Below, piece by piece: positions 48,332-61,260 of a DNA stretch of 64,000 nucleotides; the first letter of the stretch is position 1; each line of letters begins with the position of its first letter. The DNA lies in contig CM082585.2 in NCBI GenBank assembly GCA_040954595.2, positions 11,263,351 through 11,327,350 on the forward strand. Reading direction: 5' to 3'. A program made the translations under genes and the position numbers. The notes below the pieces were generated by a model. That model saw only the letters and a program-made list of their open reading frames with translations. It was not told the DNA's origin and did not search any database. Source of the DNA: Balanoglossus misakiensis. Lineage: Eukaryota > Animalia > Hemichordata.

Positions 48332-51300
48332 GGTTATAGCTCATGAAAATCCTCAAAAAATGACGATTTTTCGACTTTGCGGAATTTCAAAATTTGGCCG
48401 ATTTTTAAAAAAAATCATGGGTTATAGCTCATGAAAATCATCCAAAAATGAGAATTTTTCGACTTTGCGGAATTTCAAAATTTGGCCGATTTTTGAAAAA
48501 AATCATGGGTTATAGCTCATGAAAATCATCCAAAAATGAGAATTTTTCGACTTTGCGGAATTTCAAAATTTGGCCGATTTTTGAAAAAATCATGGGTTAT
48601 AGCTCATGAAAATCATCCAAAAATGAGAATTTTTCGACTTTGCAGAATTTCAAAATTTGGCCGATTTTTGAAAAAATCATGGGTTATAGCTCATGAAAAT
48701 CATCCAAAAATGAGAATTTTTCGACTTTGCGGAATTTCAAAATTTGGCCGATTTTTGAAAAAATCATGGGTTATAGCTCATGAAAATCATCCGAAAATGA
48801 GAATTTTTCGACTTTGCGGAATTTCAAAATTTGGCCGATTTTTGAAAAAATCATGGGTTATAGCTCATGAAAATCATCCAAAAATGAGAATTTTTCGACT
48901 TTGCGGAATTTCAAAATTTGGCCGATTTTTGAAAAAATCATGGGTTATAGCTCATGAAAATCATCCAAAAATGAGAATTTTTCGACTTTGCGGAATTTCA
49001 AAATTTGGCCGATTTTTGAAAAAATCATGGGTTATAGCTCATGAAAATCATCCAAAAATGAGAATTTTTCGACTTTGCGGAATTTCAAAATTTGGCCGAT
49101 TTTTGAAAAAATCATGGGTTATAGCTCATGAAAATCATCCAAAAATGAGAATTTTTCGACTTTGCGGAATTTAAAAATTTTGCCGATTTTTGAAAAAATC
49201 ATGGGTTATAGCTCATGAAAATCATCCAAAAATGAGAATTTTTCGACTTTGCGGAATTTAAAAATTTTGCCGATTTTTGAAAAAATCATGGGTTATAGCT
49301 CATGAAAATCATCCAAAATGTGAATTTTTCGACTTTGCGGAATTTCAAAATTTGGCCGATTTTTGAAAAAAATCATGGGTTATAGCTCATGAAAATCATC
49401 CAAAAATGAGAATTTTTCGACTTTGCGGAATTTCAAAATTTGGCCGATTTTTGAAAAAATCATGGGTTATAGCTCATGAAAATCATCCAAAAATGAGAAT
49501 TTTTCGACTTTGCGGAATTTCAAAATTTGGCCGATTTTTGAAAAAATCATGGGTTATAGCTCATGAAAATCATCCGAAAATGAGAATTTTTCGACTTTGC
49601 GGAATTTCAAAATTTGGCCGATTTTTGAAAAAATCATGGGTTATAGCTCATGAAAATCATCCAAAAATGAGAATTTTTCGACTTTGCGGAATTTCAAAAT
49701 TTGGCCGATTTTTGAAAAAATCATGGGTTATAGCTCATGAAAATCATCCAAAAATGAGAATTTTTCGACTTTGCGGAATTTCAAAATTTGGCCGATTTTT
49801 GAAAAAATCATGGGTTATAGCTCATGAAAATCATCCAAAAATGAGAATTTTTCGACTTTGCGGAATTTCAAAATTTGGCCGATTTTTGAAAAAATCATGG
49901 GTTATAGCTCATGAAAATCATCCAAAAATGAGAATTTTTCGACTTTGCGGAATTTCAAAATTTGGCCGATTTTTGAAAAAATCATGGGTTATAGCTCATG
50001 AAAATCATCCAAAAATGAGAATTTTTCGACTTTGCGGAATTTAAAAATTTTGCCGATTTTTGAAAAAATCATGGGTTATAGCTCATGAAAATCATCCAAA
50101 ATGTGAATTTTTCGACTTTGCGGAATTTCAAAATTTGGCCGATTTTTGAAAAAAATCATGGGTTATAGCTCATGAAAATCATCCAAAAATGAGAATTTTT
50201 CGACTTTGCGGAATTTCAAAATTTGGCCGATTTTTGAAAAAATCATGGGTTATAGCTCATGAAAATCATCCAAAAATGAGAATTTTTCGACTTTGCGGAA
50301 TTTCAAAATTTGGCCGATTTTTGAAAAAATCATGGGTTATAGCTCATGAAAATCATCCGAAAATGAGAATTTTTCGACTTTGCGGAATTTCAAAATTTGG
50401 CCGATTTTTGAAAAAATCATGGGTTATAGCTCATGAAAATCATCCAAAAATGAGAATTTTTCGACTTTGCGGAATTTCAAAATTTGGCCGATTTTTGAAA
50501 AAATCATGGGTTATAGCTCATGAAAATCATCCAAAAATGAGAATTTTTCGACTTTGCGGAATTTCAAAATTTGGCCGATTTTTGAAAAAATCATGGGTTA
50601 TAGCTCATGAAAATCATCCAAAAATGAGAATTTTTCGACTTTGCGGAATTTCAAAATTTGGCCGATTTTTGAAAAAATCATGGGTTATAGCTCATGAAAA
50701 TCATCCAAAAATGAGAATTTTTCGACTTTGCGGAATTTCAAAATTTGGCCGATTTTTGAAAAAATCATGGGTTATAGCTCATGAAAATCATCCAAAAATG
50801 AGAATTTTTCGACTTTGCGGAATTTCAAAATTTGGCCGATTTTTGAAAAAATCATGGGTTATAGCTCATGAAAATCATCCGAAAATGAGAATTTTTCGAC
50901 TTTGCGGAATTTCAAAATTTGGCCGATTTTTGAAAAAATCATGGGTTATAGCTCATGAAAATCATCCAAAAATGAGAATTTTTCGACTTTGCGGAATTTC
51001 AAAATTTGGCCGATTTTTGAAAAAATCATGGGTTATAGCTCATGAAAATCATCCGAAAATGAGAATTTTTCGACTTTGCGGAATTTCAAAATTTGGCCGA
51101 TTTTTGAAAAAATCATGGGTTATAGCTCATGAAAATCATCCAAAAATGAGAATTTTTCGACTTTGCGGAATTTCAAAATTTGGCCGATTTATGAAAAAAT
51201 CATGGGTTATAGCTCATGAAAATCATCCAAAAATGAGAATTTTTCGACTTTGCGGAATTTCAAAATTTGGCCGATTTTTGAAAAAATCATGGGTTATAGC

Positions 51301-54300
51301 TCATGAAAATCATCCAAAAATGAGAATTTTTCGACTTTGCGGAATTTCAAAATTTGGCCGATTTTTGAAAAAATCATGGGTTATAGCTCATGAAAATCAT
51401 CCAAAAATGAGAATTTTTCGACTTTGCGGAATTTCAAAATTTGGCCGATTTTTGAAAAAATCATGGGTTATAGCTCATGAAAATCATCCAAAATGTGAAT
51501 TTTTCGACTTTGCGGAATTTCAAAATTTGGCCGATTTTTGAAAAAAATCATGGGTTATAGCTCATGAAAATCATCCATAAATGAGAATTTTTCGACTTTG
51601 CGGAATTTCAAAATTTGGCCGATTTTTGAAAAAATCATGGGTTATAGCTCATGAAAATCATCCAAAAATGAGAATTTTTCGACTTTGCGGAATTTCAAAA
51701 TTTGGCCGATTTTTGAAAAAATCATGGGTTATAGCTCATGAAAATCATCCAAAAATGAGAATTTTTCGACTTTGCGGAATTTCAAAATTTGGCCGATTTT
51801 TGAAAAAATCATGGGTTATAGCTCATGAAAATCATCCAAAAATGGAAATTTTTCGACTTTGCGGAATTTCAAAATTTGGCCGATTTTTGAAAAAATCATG
51901 GGTTATAGCTCATGAAAATCATCCAAAAATGGAAATTTTTCGACTTTGCGGAATTTCAAAATTTGGCCGATTTTTGAAAAAATCATGGGTTATAGCTCAT
52001 GAAAATCATCCAAAAATGAGAATTTTTCGACTTTGCGGAATTTCAAAATTTGGCCGATTTTTGAAAAAATCATGGGTTATAGCTCATGAAAATCATCCAA
52101 AAATGAGAATTTTTCGACTTTGCGGAATTTCAAAATTTGGCCGATTTTTGAAAAAATCATGGGTTATAGCTCATGAAAATCATCCAAAAATGAGAATTTT
52201 TCGACTTTGCGGAATTTCAAAATTTGGCCGATTTTTGAAAAAATCATGGGTTATAGCTCATGAAAATCATCCAAAAATGAGAATTTTTCGACTTTGCGGA
52301 ATTTCAAAATTTGGCCGATTTTTGAAAAAATCATGGGTTATAGCTCATGAAAATCATCCAAAAATGAGAATTTTTCGACTTTGCGGAATTTCAAAATTTG
52401 GCCGATTTTTGAAAAAATCATGGGTTATAGCTCATGAAAATCATCCAAAAATGAGAATTTTTCGACTTTGCGGAATTTCAAAATTTGGCCGATTTTTGAA
52501 AAAATCATGGGTTATAGCTCATGAAAATCATCCAAAAATGAGAATTTTTCGACTTTGCGGAATTTCAAAATTTGGCCGATTTTTGAAAAAATCATGGGTT
52601 ATAGCTCATGAAAATCATCCAAAATGAGAATTTTTCGTCTTTGCGGAATTTCAAAATTTGGCCGATTTTTGAAAAAAATCATGGGTTATAGCTCATGAAA
52701 ATCATCCAAAAATGAGAATTTTTCGACTTTGCGGAATTTCAAAATTTGGCCGATTTTTGAAAAAATCATGGGTTATAGCTCATGAAAATCATCCAAAAAT
52801 GAGAATTTTTCGACTTTGCGGAATTTCAAAATTTGGCCGATTTTTGAAAAAATCATGGGTTATAGCTCATGAAAATCATCCAAAAATGAGAATTTTTCGA
52901 CTTTGCGGAATTTCAAAATTTGGCCGATTTTTGAAAAAATCATGGGTTATAGCTCATGAAAATCATCCAAAAATGAGAATTTTTCGACTTTGCGGAATTT
53001 CAAAATTTGGCCGATTTTTGAAAAAATCATGGGTTATAGCTCATGAAAATCATCCAAAATGAGAATTTTTCGTCTTTGCGGAATTTCAAAATTTGGCCGA
53101 TTTTTGAAAAAAATCATGGGTTATAGCTCATGAAAATCATCCAAAAATGAGAATTTTTCGACTTTGCGGAATTTCAAAATTTGGCCGATTTTTGAAAAAA
53201 TCATGGGTTATAGCTCATGAAAATCATCCAAAAATGAGAATTTTTCGACTTTGCGGAATTTCAAAATTTGGCCGATTTTTGAAAAAATCATGGGTTATAG
53301 CTCATGAAAATCATCCAAAAATGAGAATTTTTCGACTTTGCAGAATTTCAAAATTTGGCCGATTTTTGAAAAAATCATGGGTTATAGCTCATGAAAATCA
53401 TCCAAAAATGAGAATTTTTCGACTTTGCGGAATTTCAAAATTTGGCCGATTTTTGAAAAAATCATGGGTTATAGCTCATGAAAATCATCCAAAAATGAGA
53501 ATTTTTCGACTTTGCGGAATTTCAAAATTTGGCCGATTTTTGAAAAAATCATGGGTTATAGCTCATGAAAATCATCCAAAAATGAGAATTTTTCGACTTT
53601 GCGGAATTTCAAAATTTGGCCGATTTTTGAAAAAATCATGGGTTATAGCTCATGAAAATCATCCAAAAATGAGAATTTTTCGACTTTGCGGAATTTCAAA
53701 ATTTGGCCGATTTTTGAAAAAATCATGGGTTATAGCTCATGAAAATCATCCAAAAATGAGAATTTTTCGACTTTGCGGAATTTCAAATTTGGCCGATTTT
53801 TGAAAAAATCATGGGTTATAGCTCATGAAAATCATCCAAAAATGAGAATTTTTCGACTTTGCGGAATTTCAAAATTTTGGCCGATTTTTGAAAAAATCAT
53901 GGGTTATAGCTCATGAAAATCATCCAAAAATGAGAATTTTTTCGACTTTGCGGAATTTCAAAATTTGGCCGATTTTTGAAAAATCATGGGTTATAGCTCA
54001 TGAAAATCTTCCAAAAATGAGAATTTTTCGACTTAGCGGAATTTCAAAATTTGGCCGATTTTTGAAAAAATCATGGGTTATAGCTCATGAAAATCATCCA
54101 AAAATGAGAATTTTTCGACTTTGCGGAATTTCAAAATTTGGCCGATTTTTGAAAAAATCATGGTTATAGCTCATGAAAATCATCCAAAATGAGAATTTTT
54201 CGACTTTGCGGAATTTCAAAATTTGGCCGATTTTTGAAAAAATCATGGGTTATAGCTCATGAAAATCATCCAAAAATGAGAATTTTTCGACTTTGCGGAA

Positions 54301-57300
54301 TTTCAAAATTTGGCCGATTTTGAAAAAATCATGGGTTATAGCTCATGAAAATCATCCAAAAATGAGAATTTTTCGACTTTGCGGAATTTCAAAATTTGGC
54401 CGATTTTTGAAAAAATCATGGGTTATAGCTCATGAAAATCATCCGAAAAATGAGAATTTTTCGACTTTGCGGAATTTCAAAATTTGGCCGATTTTTGAAA
54501 AAATCATGGGTTATAGCTCATGAAAATCATCCAAAAATGAGAATTTTTCGACTTTGCGGAATTTCAAAATTTGGCCGATTTTTGAAAAAATCATGGGTTA
54601 TAGCTCATGAAAATCATCCAAAAATGAGAATTTTTCGACTTTGCGGAATTACAAAATTTGGCCGATTTTTGAAAAAATCATGGGTTATAGCTCATGAAAA
54701 TCATCCAAAAATGAGAATTTTTCGACTTTGCGGAATTTCAAAATTTGGCCGATTTTTGAAAAAATCATGGGTTATAGCTCATGAAAATCATCCAAAAATG
54801 AGAATTTTTCGACTTTGCGGAATTTCAAAATTTGGCCGATTTTTGAAAAAATCATGGGTTATAGCTCATGAAAATCATCCAAAAATGAGAATTTTTCGAC
54901 TTTGCGGAATTTCAAAATTTGGCCGATTTTTGAAAAAATCATGGGTTATAGCTCATGAAAATCATCCAAAAATGAGAATTTTTCGACTTTGCGGAATTTC
55001 AAAATTTGGCCGATTTTTGAAAAAATCATGGGTTATAGCTCATGAAAATCATCCAAAAATGAGAATTTTTCGACTTTGCGGAATTTCAAAATTTGGCCGA
55101 TTTTTGAAAAAATCATGGGTTATAGCTCATGAAAATCATCCAAAAATGAGAATTTTTCGACTTTGCGGAATTTCAAAATTTGGCCGATTTTTGAAAAAAT
55201 CATGGGTTATAGCTCATGAAAATCATCCAAAAATGAGAATTTTTCGACTTTGCGGAATTTCAAAATTTGGCCGATTTTTGAAAAAATCATGGGTTATAGC
55301 TCATGAAAATCATCCAAAAATGAGAATTTTTCGACTTTGCGGAATTTCAAAATTTGGCCGATTTTTGAAAAAATCATGGGTTATAGCTCATGAAAATCAT
55401 CCAAAAATGAGAATTTTTCGACTTTGCGGAATTTCAAAATTTGGCCGATTTTTGAAAAAATCATGGGTTATAGCTCATGAAAATCATCCAAAATGAGAAT
55501 TTTCGACTTTGCGGAATTTCAAAATTTGGCCGATTTTTGAAAAAATCATGGGTTATAGCTCATGAAAATCATCCAAAAATGAGAATTTTTCGACTTTGCG
55601 GAATTTCAAAATTTGGCCGATTTTTGAAAAAATCATGGGTTATAGCTCATGAAAATCTTCCAAAAATGAGAATTTTTCGACTTTGCGGAATTTCAAAATT
55701 GGCCGATTTTTGAAAAAATCATGGGTTATAGCTCATGAAATCATCCAAAAATGAGAATTTTTCGACTTTGCGGAATTTCAAAATTTGGCCGATTTTTGAA
55801 AAAATCATGGGTTATAGCTCATGAAAATCTTCCAAAAATGAGAATTTTTCGACTTTGCGGAATTTCAAAATTTGGCCGATTTTTGAAAAAAATCATGGTT
55901 ATAGCTCATGAAAATCATCCAAAATGAGAATTTTTCGACTTTGCGGAATTTCAAAATTTGGCCGATTTTTGAAAAAATCATGGGTTATAGCTCATGAAAA
56001 TCATCCAAAAATGAGAATTTTTCGACTTTGCGGAATTTCAAAATTTGGCCGATTTTTGAAAAATCATGGTTATAGCTCATGAAAATCATCCAAAAATGAG
56101 AATTTTTCGACTTTGCGGAATTTCAAAATTTGGCCGATTTTTGAAAAAATCATGGGTTATAGCTCATGAAAATCATCCAAAAATGAGAATTTTTCGACTT
56201 TGCGGAATTTCAAAATTTGGCCGATTTTTGAAAAAATCATGGGTTATAGCTCAATGAAAATCATCCAAAAATGAGAATTTTCGACTTTGCGGAATTTCAA
56301 AATTTGGCCGATTTTTGAAAAAATCATGGGTTATAGCTCATGAAAATCATCCAAAAATGAGAATTTTTCGACTTTGCGGAATTTCAAAATTTGGCCGATT
56401 TTTTGAAAAAATCATGGGTTATAGCTCATGAAAATCATCCAAAATGAGAATTTTTCGACTTTGCGGAATTTCAAAATTTGGCCGATTTTTGAAAAAATCA
56501 TGGGTTATAGCTCATGAAAATCATCCAAAAATGAGAATTTTTCGACTTTGCGGAATTTCAAAATTTGGCCGATTTTTGAAAAAATCATGGGTTATAGCTC
56601 ATGAAAATCATCCAAAAATGAGAATTTTTCGACTTTGCGGAATTTCAAAATTTGGCCGATTTTTGAAAAAATCATGGGTTATAGCTCATGAAAATCATCC
56701 AAAAATGAGAATTTTTCGACTTTGCGGAATTTCAAAATTTGGCCGATTTTTGAAAAAATCATGGGTTATAGCTCATGAAAATCATCCAAAAATGAGAATT
56801 TTTCGACTTTGCGGAATTTCAAAATTTGGCCGATTTTGAAAAAATCATGGGTTATAGCTCATGAAAATCATCCAAAAATGAGAATTTTCGACTTTGCGGA
56901 ATTTCAAAATTTGGCCGATTTTGAAAAAATCATGGGTTATAGCTCATGAAAATCATCCAAAAATGAGAATTTTTCGACTTTGCGGAATTTCAAAATTTGG
57001 CCGATTTTTGAAAAAATCATGGGTTATAGCTCATGAAAATCATCCAAAAATGAGAATTTTTCGACTTTGCGGAATTTCAAAATTTGGCCGATTTTGAAAA
57101 AATCATGGGTTATAGCTCATGAAAATCATCCAAAAATGAGAATTTTTCGACTTTGCGGAATTTCAAAAATTTGGCCGATTTTTGAAAAAATCATGGGTTA
57201 TAGCTCATGAAAATCATCCAAAAATGAGAATTTTTCGACTTTGCGGAATTTCAAAATTTGGCCGATTTTTGAAAAAATCATGGGTTATAGCTCATGAAAA

Positions 57301-60300
57301 TCATCCAAAAATGAGAATTTTTCGACTTTGCGGAATTTCAAAATTTGGCCGATTTTTGAAAAAATCATGGGTTATAGCTCATGAAAATCATCCAAAAATG
57401 AGAATTTTTCGACTTTGCGGAATTTCAAAATTTGGCCGATTTTTGAAAAAATCATGGGTTATAGCTCATGAAAATCATCCAAAAATGAGAATTTTTCGAC
57501 TTTGCGGAATTTCAAAATTTGGCCGATTTTTGAAAAAATCATGGGTTATAGCTCATGAAAATCATCCAAAATGAGAATTTTTCGACTTTGCGGAATTTCA
57601 AAATTTGGCCGATTTTTGAAAAAATCATGGGTTATAGCTCATGAAAATCATCCAAAAATGAGAATTTTTCGACTTTGCGGAATTTCAAAATTTGGCCGAT
57701 TTTTGAAAAAATCATGGGTTATAGCTCATGAAAATCATCCAAAAATGAGAATTTTTCGACTTTGCGGAATTTCAAAATTTGGCCGATTTTTGAAAAAATC
57801 ATGGGTTATAGCTCATGAAAATCATCCAAAAATGAGAATTTTTCGACTTTGCGGAATTTCAAAATTTGGCCGATTTTTGAAAAAAATCATGGGTTATAGC
57901 TCATGAAAATCATCCAAAAATGAGAAATTTTTCGACTTTGCGGAATTTCAAAATTTGGCCGATTTTTGAAAAAAATCATGGTTATAGCTCATGAAAATCA
58001 TCCAAAAATGAGAATTTTTCGACTTTGCGGAATTTCAAAATTTGGCCGATTTTTGAAAAAATCATGGGTTATAGCTCATGAAAATCATCCAAAAATGAGA
58101 ATTTTTCGACTTTGCGGAATTTCAAAATTTGGCCGATTTTTGAAAAAATCATGGGTTATAGCTCATGAAAATCATCCAAAAATGAGAATTTTTCGACTTT
58201 GCGGAATTTCAAAATTTGGCCGATTTTTGAAAAAATCATGGGTTATAGCTCATGAAAATCATCCAAAAATGAGAATTTTTCGACTTTGCGGAATTTCAAA
58301 ATTTGGCCGATTTTTGAAAAAATCATGGGTTATAGCTCATGAAAATCATCCAAAAATGAGAATTTTTCGACTTTGCGGAATTTCAAAATTTGGCCGATTT
58401 TTGAAAAAATCATGGGTTATAGCTCATGAAAATCATCCAAAAATGAGAATTTTTCGACTTTGCGGAATTTCAAAATTTGGCCGAATTTTTGAAAAAATCA
58501 TGGGTTATAGCTCATGAAAATCATCCAAAAATGAGAATTTTTCGACTTTGCGGAATTTCAAAATTTGGCCGATTTTGAAAAAATCATGGGTTATAGCTCA
58601 TGAAAATCATCCAAAAATGAGAATTTTTCGACTTTGCGGAATTTCAAAATTTGGCCGATTTTTGAAAAAATCATGGGTTATAGCTCATGAAAATCATCCA
58701 AAAATGAGAATTTTTCGACTTTGCGGAATTTCAAAATTGGCCGATTTTTGAAAAAATCATGGGTTATAGCTCATGAAAATCATCCAAAATGAGAATTTTT
58801 CGACTTTGCGGAATTTCAAAATTTGGCCGATTTTGAAAAAATCATGGTTTATAGCTCATGAAAATCATCCAAAAATGAGAATTTTTCGACTTTGCGGAAT
58901 TTCAAAATTTGGCCGATTTTTGAAAAAAATCATGGGTTATAGCTCATGAAAATCATCCAAAAATGAGAATTTTTCGACTTTGCGGAATTTCAAAATTTGG
59001 CCGATTTTTGAAAAAATCATGGGTTATAGCTCATGAAAATCATCCAAAAATGAGAATTTTTCGACTTTGCGGAATTTCAAAATTTGGCCGATTTTGAAAA
59101 AATCATGGGTTATAGCTCATGAAAATCATCCAAAAATGAGAATTTTTCGACTTTGCGGAATTTCAAAATTTGGCCGATTTTTGAAAAAATCATGGGTTAT
59201 AGCTCATGAAAATCATCCAAAAATGAGAATTTTTCGACTTTGCGGAATTTCAAAATTTGGCCGATTTTTGAAAAAATCATGGGTTATAGCTCATGAAAAT
59301 CATCCAAAAAATGAGAATTTTTCGACTTTGCGGAATTTCAAAATTTGGCCGATTTTTGAAAAAATCATGGGTTATAGCTCATGAAAATCATCCAAAAATG
59401 AGAATTTTTCGACTTTGCGGAATTTCAAAATTTGGCCGATTTTTGAAAAAATCATGGGTTATAGCTCATGAAAATCATCCAAAAATGAGAATTTTTCGAC
59501 TTTGCGGAATTTCAAAATTTGGCCGATTTTTGAAAAAATCATGGGTTATAGCTCATGAAAATCATCCAAAAATGAGAATTTTTCGACTTTGCGGAATTTC
59601 AAAATTTGGCCGATTTTTGAAAAAATCATGGGTTATAGCTCATGAAAATCATCCAAAAAATGAGAATTTTTCGACTTTGCGGAATTTCAAAATTTGGCCG
59701 ATTTTGAAAAAATCATGGGTTATAGCTCATGAAAATCATCCAAAAATGAGAATTTTCGACTTTGCGGAATTTCAAAATTTGGCCGATTTTTGAAAAAATC
59801 ATGGGTTATAGCTCATGAAAATCATCCAAAAATGAGAATTTTTCGACTTTGCGGAATTTCAAAATTTGGCCGATTTTGAAAAAATCATGGGTTATAGCTC
59901 ATGAAAATCATCCAAAAATGAGAATTTTTCGACTTTGCGGAATTTCAAAATTTGGCCGATTTTGAAAAAATCATGGGTTATAGCTCATGAAAATCATCCA
60001 AAATGAGAATTTTTCGACTTTGCGGAATTTCAAAATTTGGCCGATTTTTGAAAAAATCATGGGTTATAGCTCATGAAAATCATCCAAAAATGAGAATTTT
60101 TCGACTTTGCGGAATTTCAAAATTTGGCCGATTTTTGAAAAAATCATGGGTTATAGCTCATGAAAATCATCCAAAAATGAGAATTTTTCGACTTTGCGGA
60201 ATTTCAAAATTTGGCCGATTTTTGAAAAATCATGGGTTATAGCTCATGAAAATCATCCAAAAATGAGAATTTTTCGACTTTGCGGAATTTCAAAATTTGG

Positions 60301-61260
60301 CCGATTTTTGAAAAAAATCATGGGTTATAGCTCATGAAAATCATCCAAAAATGAGAATTTTTCGACTTTGCGGAATTTCAAAATTTGGCCGATTTTTGAA
60401 AAAATCATGGGTTATAGCTCATGAAAATCATCCAAAAATGAGAATTTTTCGACTTTGCGGAATTTCAAAATTTGGCCGATTTTTGAAAAAATCATGGGTT
60501 ATAGCTCATGAAAATCATCCAAAAATGAGAATTTTTCGACTTTGCGGAATTTCAAAATTTGGCCGATTTTTGAAAAAATCATGGGTTATAGCTCATGAAA
60601 ATCATCCAAAAATGAGAATTTTTCGACTTTGCGGAATTTCAAAATTTGGCCGATTTTTGAAAAAATCATGGGTTATAGCTCATGAAAATCATCCAAAAAT
60701 GAGAATTTTTCGACTTTGCGGAATTTCAAAATTTGGCCGATTTTTTGAAAAAATCATGGGTTATAGCTCATGAAAATCATCCAAAAATGAGAATTTTTCG
60801 ACTTTGCGGAATTTCAAAATTTGGCCGATTTTTGAAAAAATCATGGGTTATAGCTCATGAAAATCATCCAAAATGAGAATTTTTCGACTTTGCGGAATTT
60901 CAAAATTTGGCCGATTTTTGAAAAAATCATGGGTTATAGCTCATGAAAATCATCCAAAAATGAGAATTTTTCGACTTTGCGGAATTTCAAAATTTGGCCG
61001 ATTTTTGAAAAAATCATGGGTTATAGCTCATGAAAATCATCCAAAAATGAGAATTTTTCGACCTTTGCGGAATTTTCAAAATTTGGCCGATTTTTGAAAA
61101 ATCATGGGTTATAGCTCATGAAAATCATCCAAAAATGAGAATTTTCGACTTTGCGGAATTTCAAATTTGGCCGATTTTTGAAAAAATCATGGGTTATAGC
61201 TCATGAAAATCATCCAAAATGAGAATTTTTCGACTTTGCGGAATTTCAAAATTTGGCCGA
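48332..61260. repeat. Tandem satellite, 87-bp monomer (variant 1), roughly 148 copies
   Basis: Monomer GGTTATAGCTCATGAAAATCATCCAAAAATGAGAATTTTTCGACTTTGCGGAATTTCAAAATTTGGCCGATTTTTGAAAAAATCATG repeated nearly perfectly; degenerate copies at about 48230-48410. Confidence 0.97.

Noticed and set aside
48536-61097. Long ORFs with a 29-aa repeat (MRIFRLCGISKFGRFLKKSWVIAHENHPK)
   Set aside because: A by-product of an 87-bp (3n) monomer lacking a stop in one frame. The ORFs are broken by random indels and are lost in the 88-bp variant.
53780-61260. Rising density of single-base indels in the satellite as an evolutionary gradient
   Set aside because: Almost all fall in homopolymer runs and are non-recurrent, so long-read consensus error is more likely.
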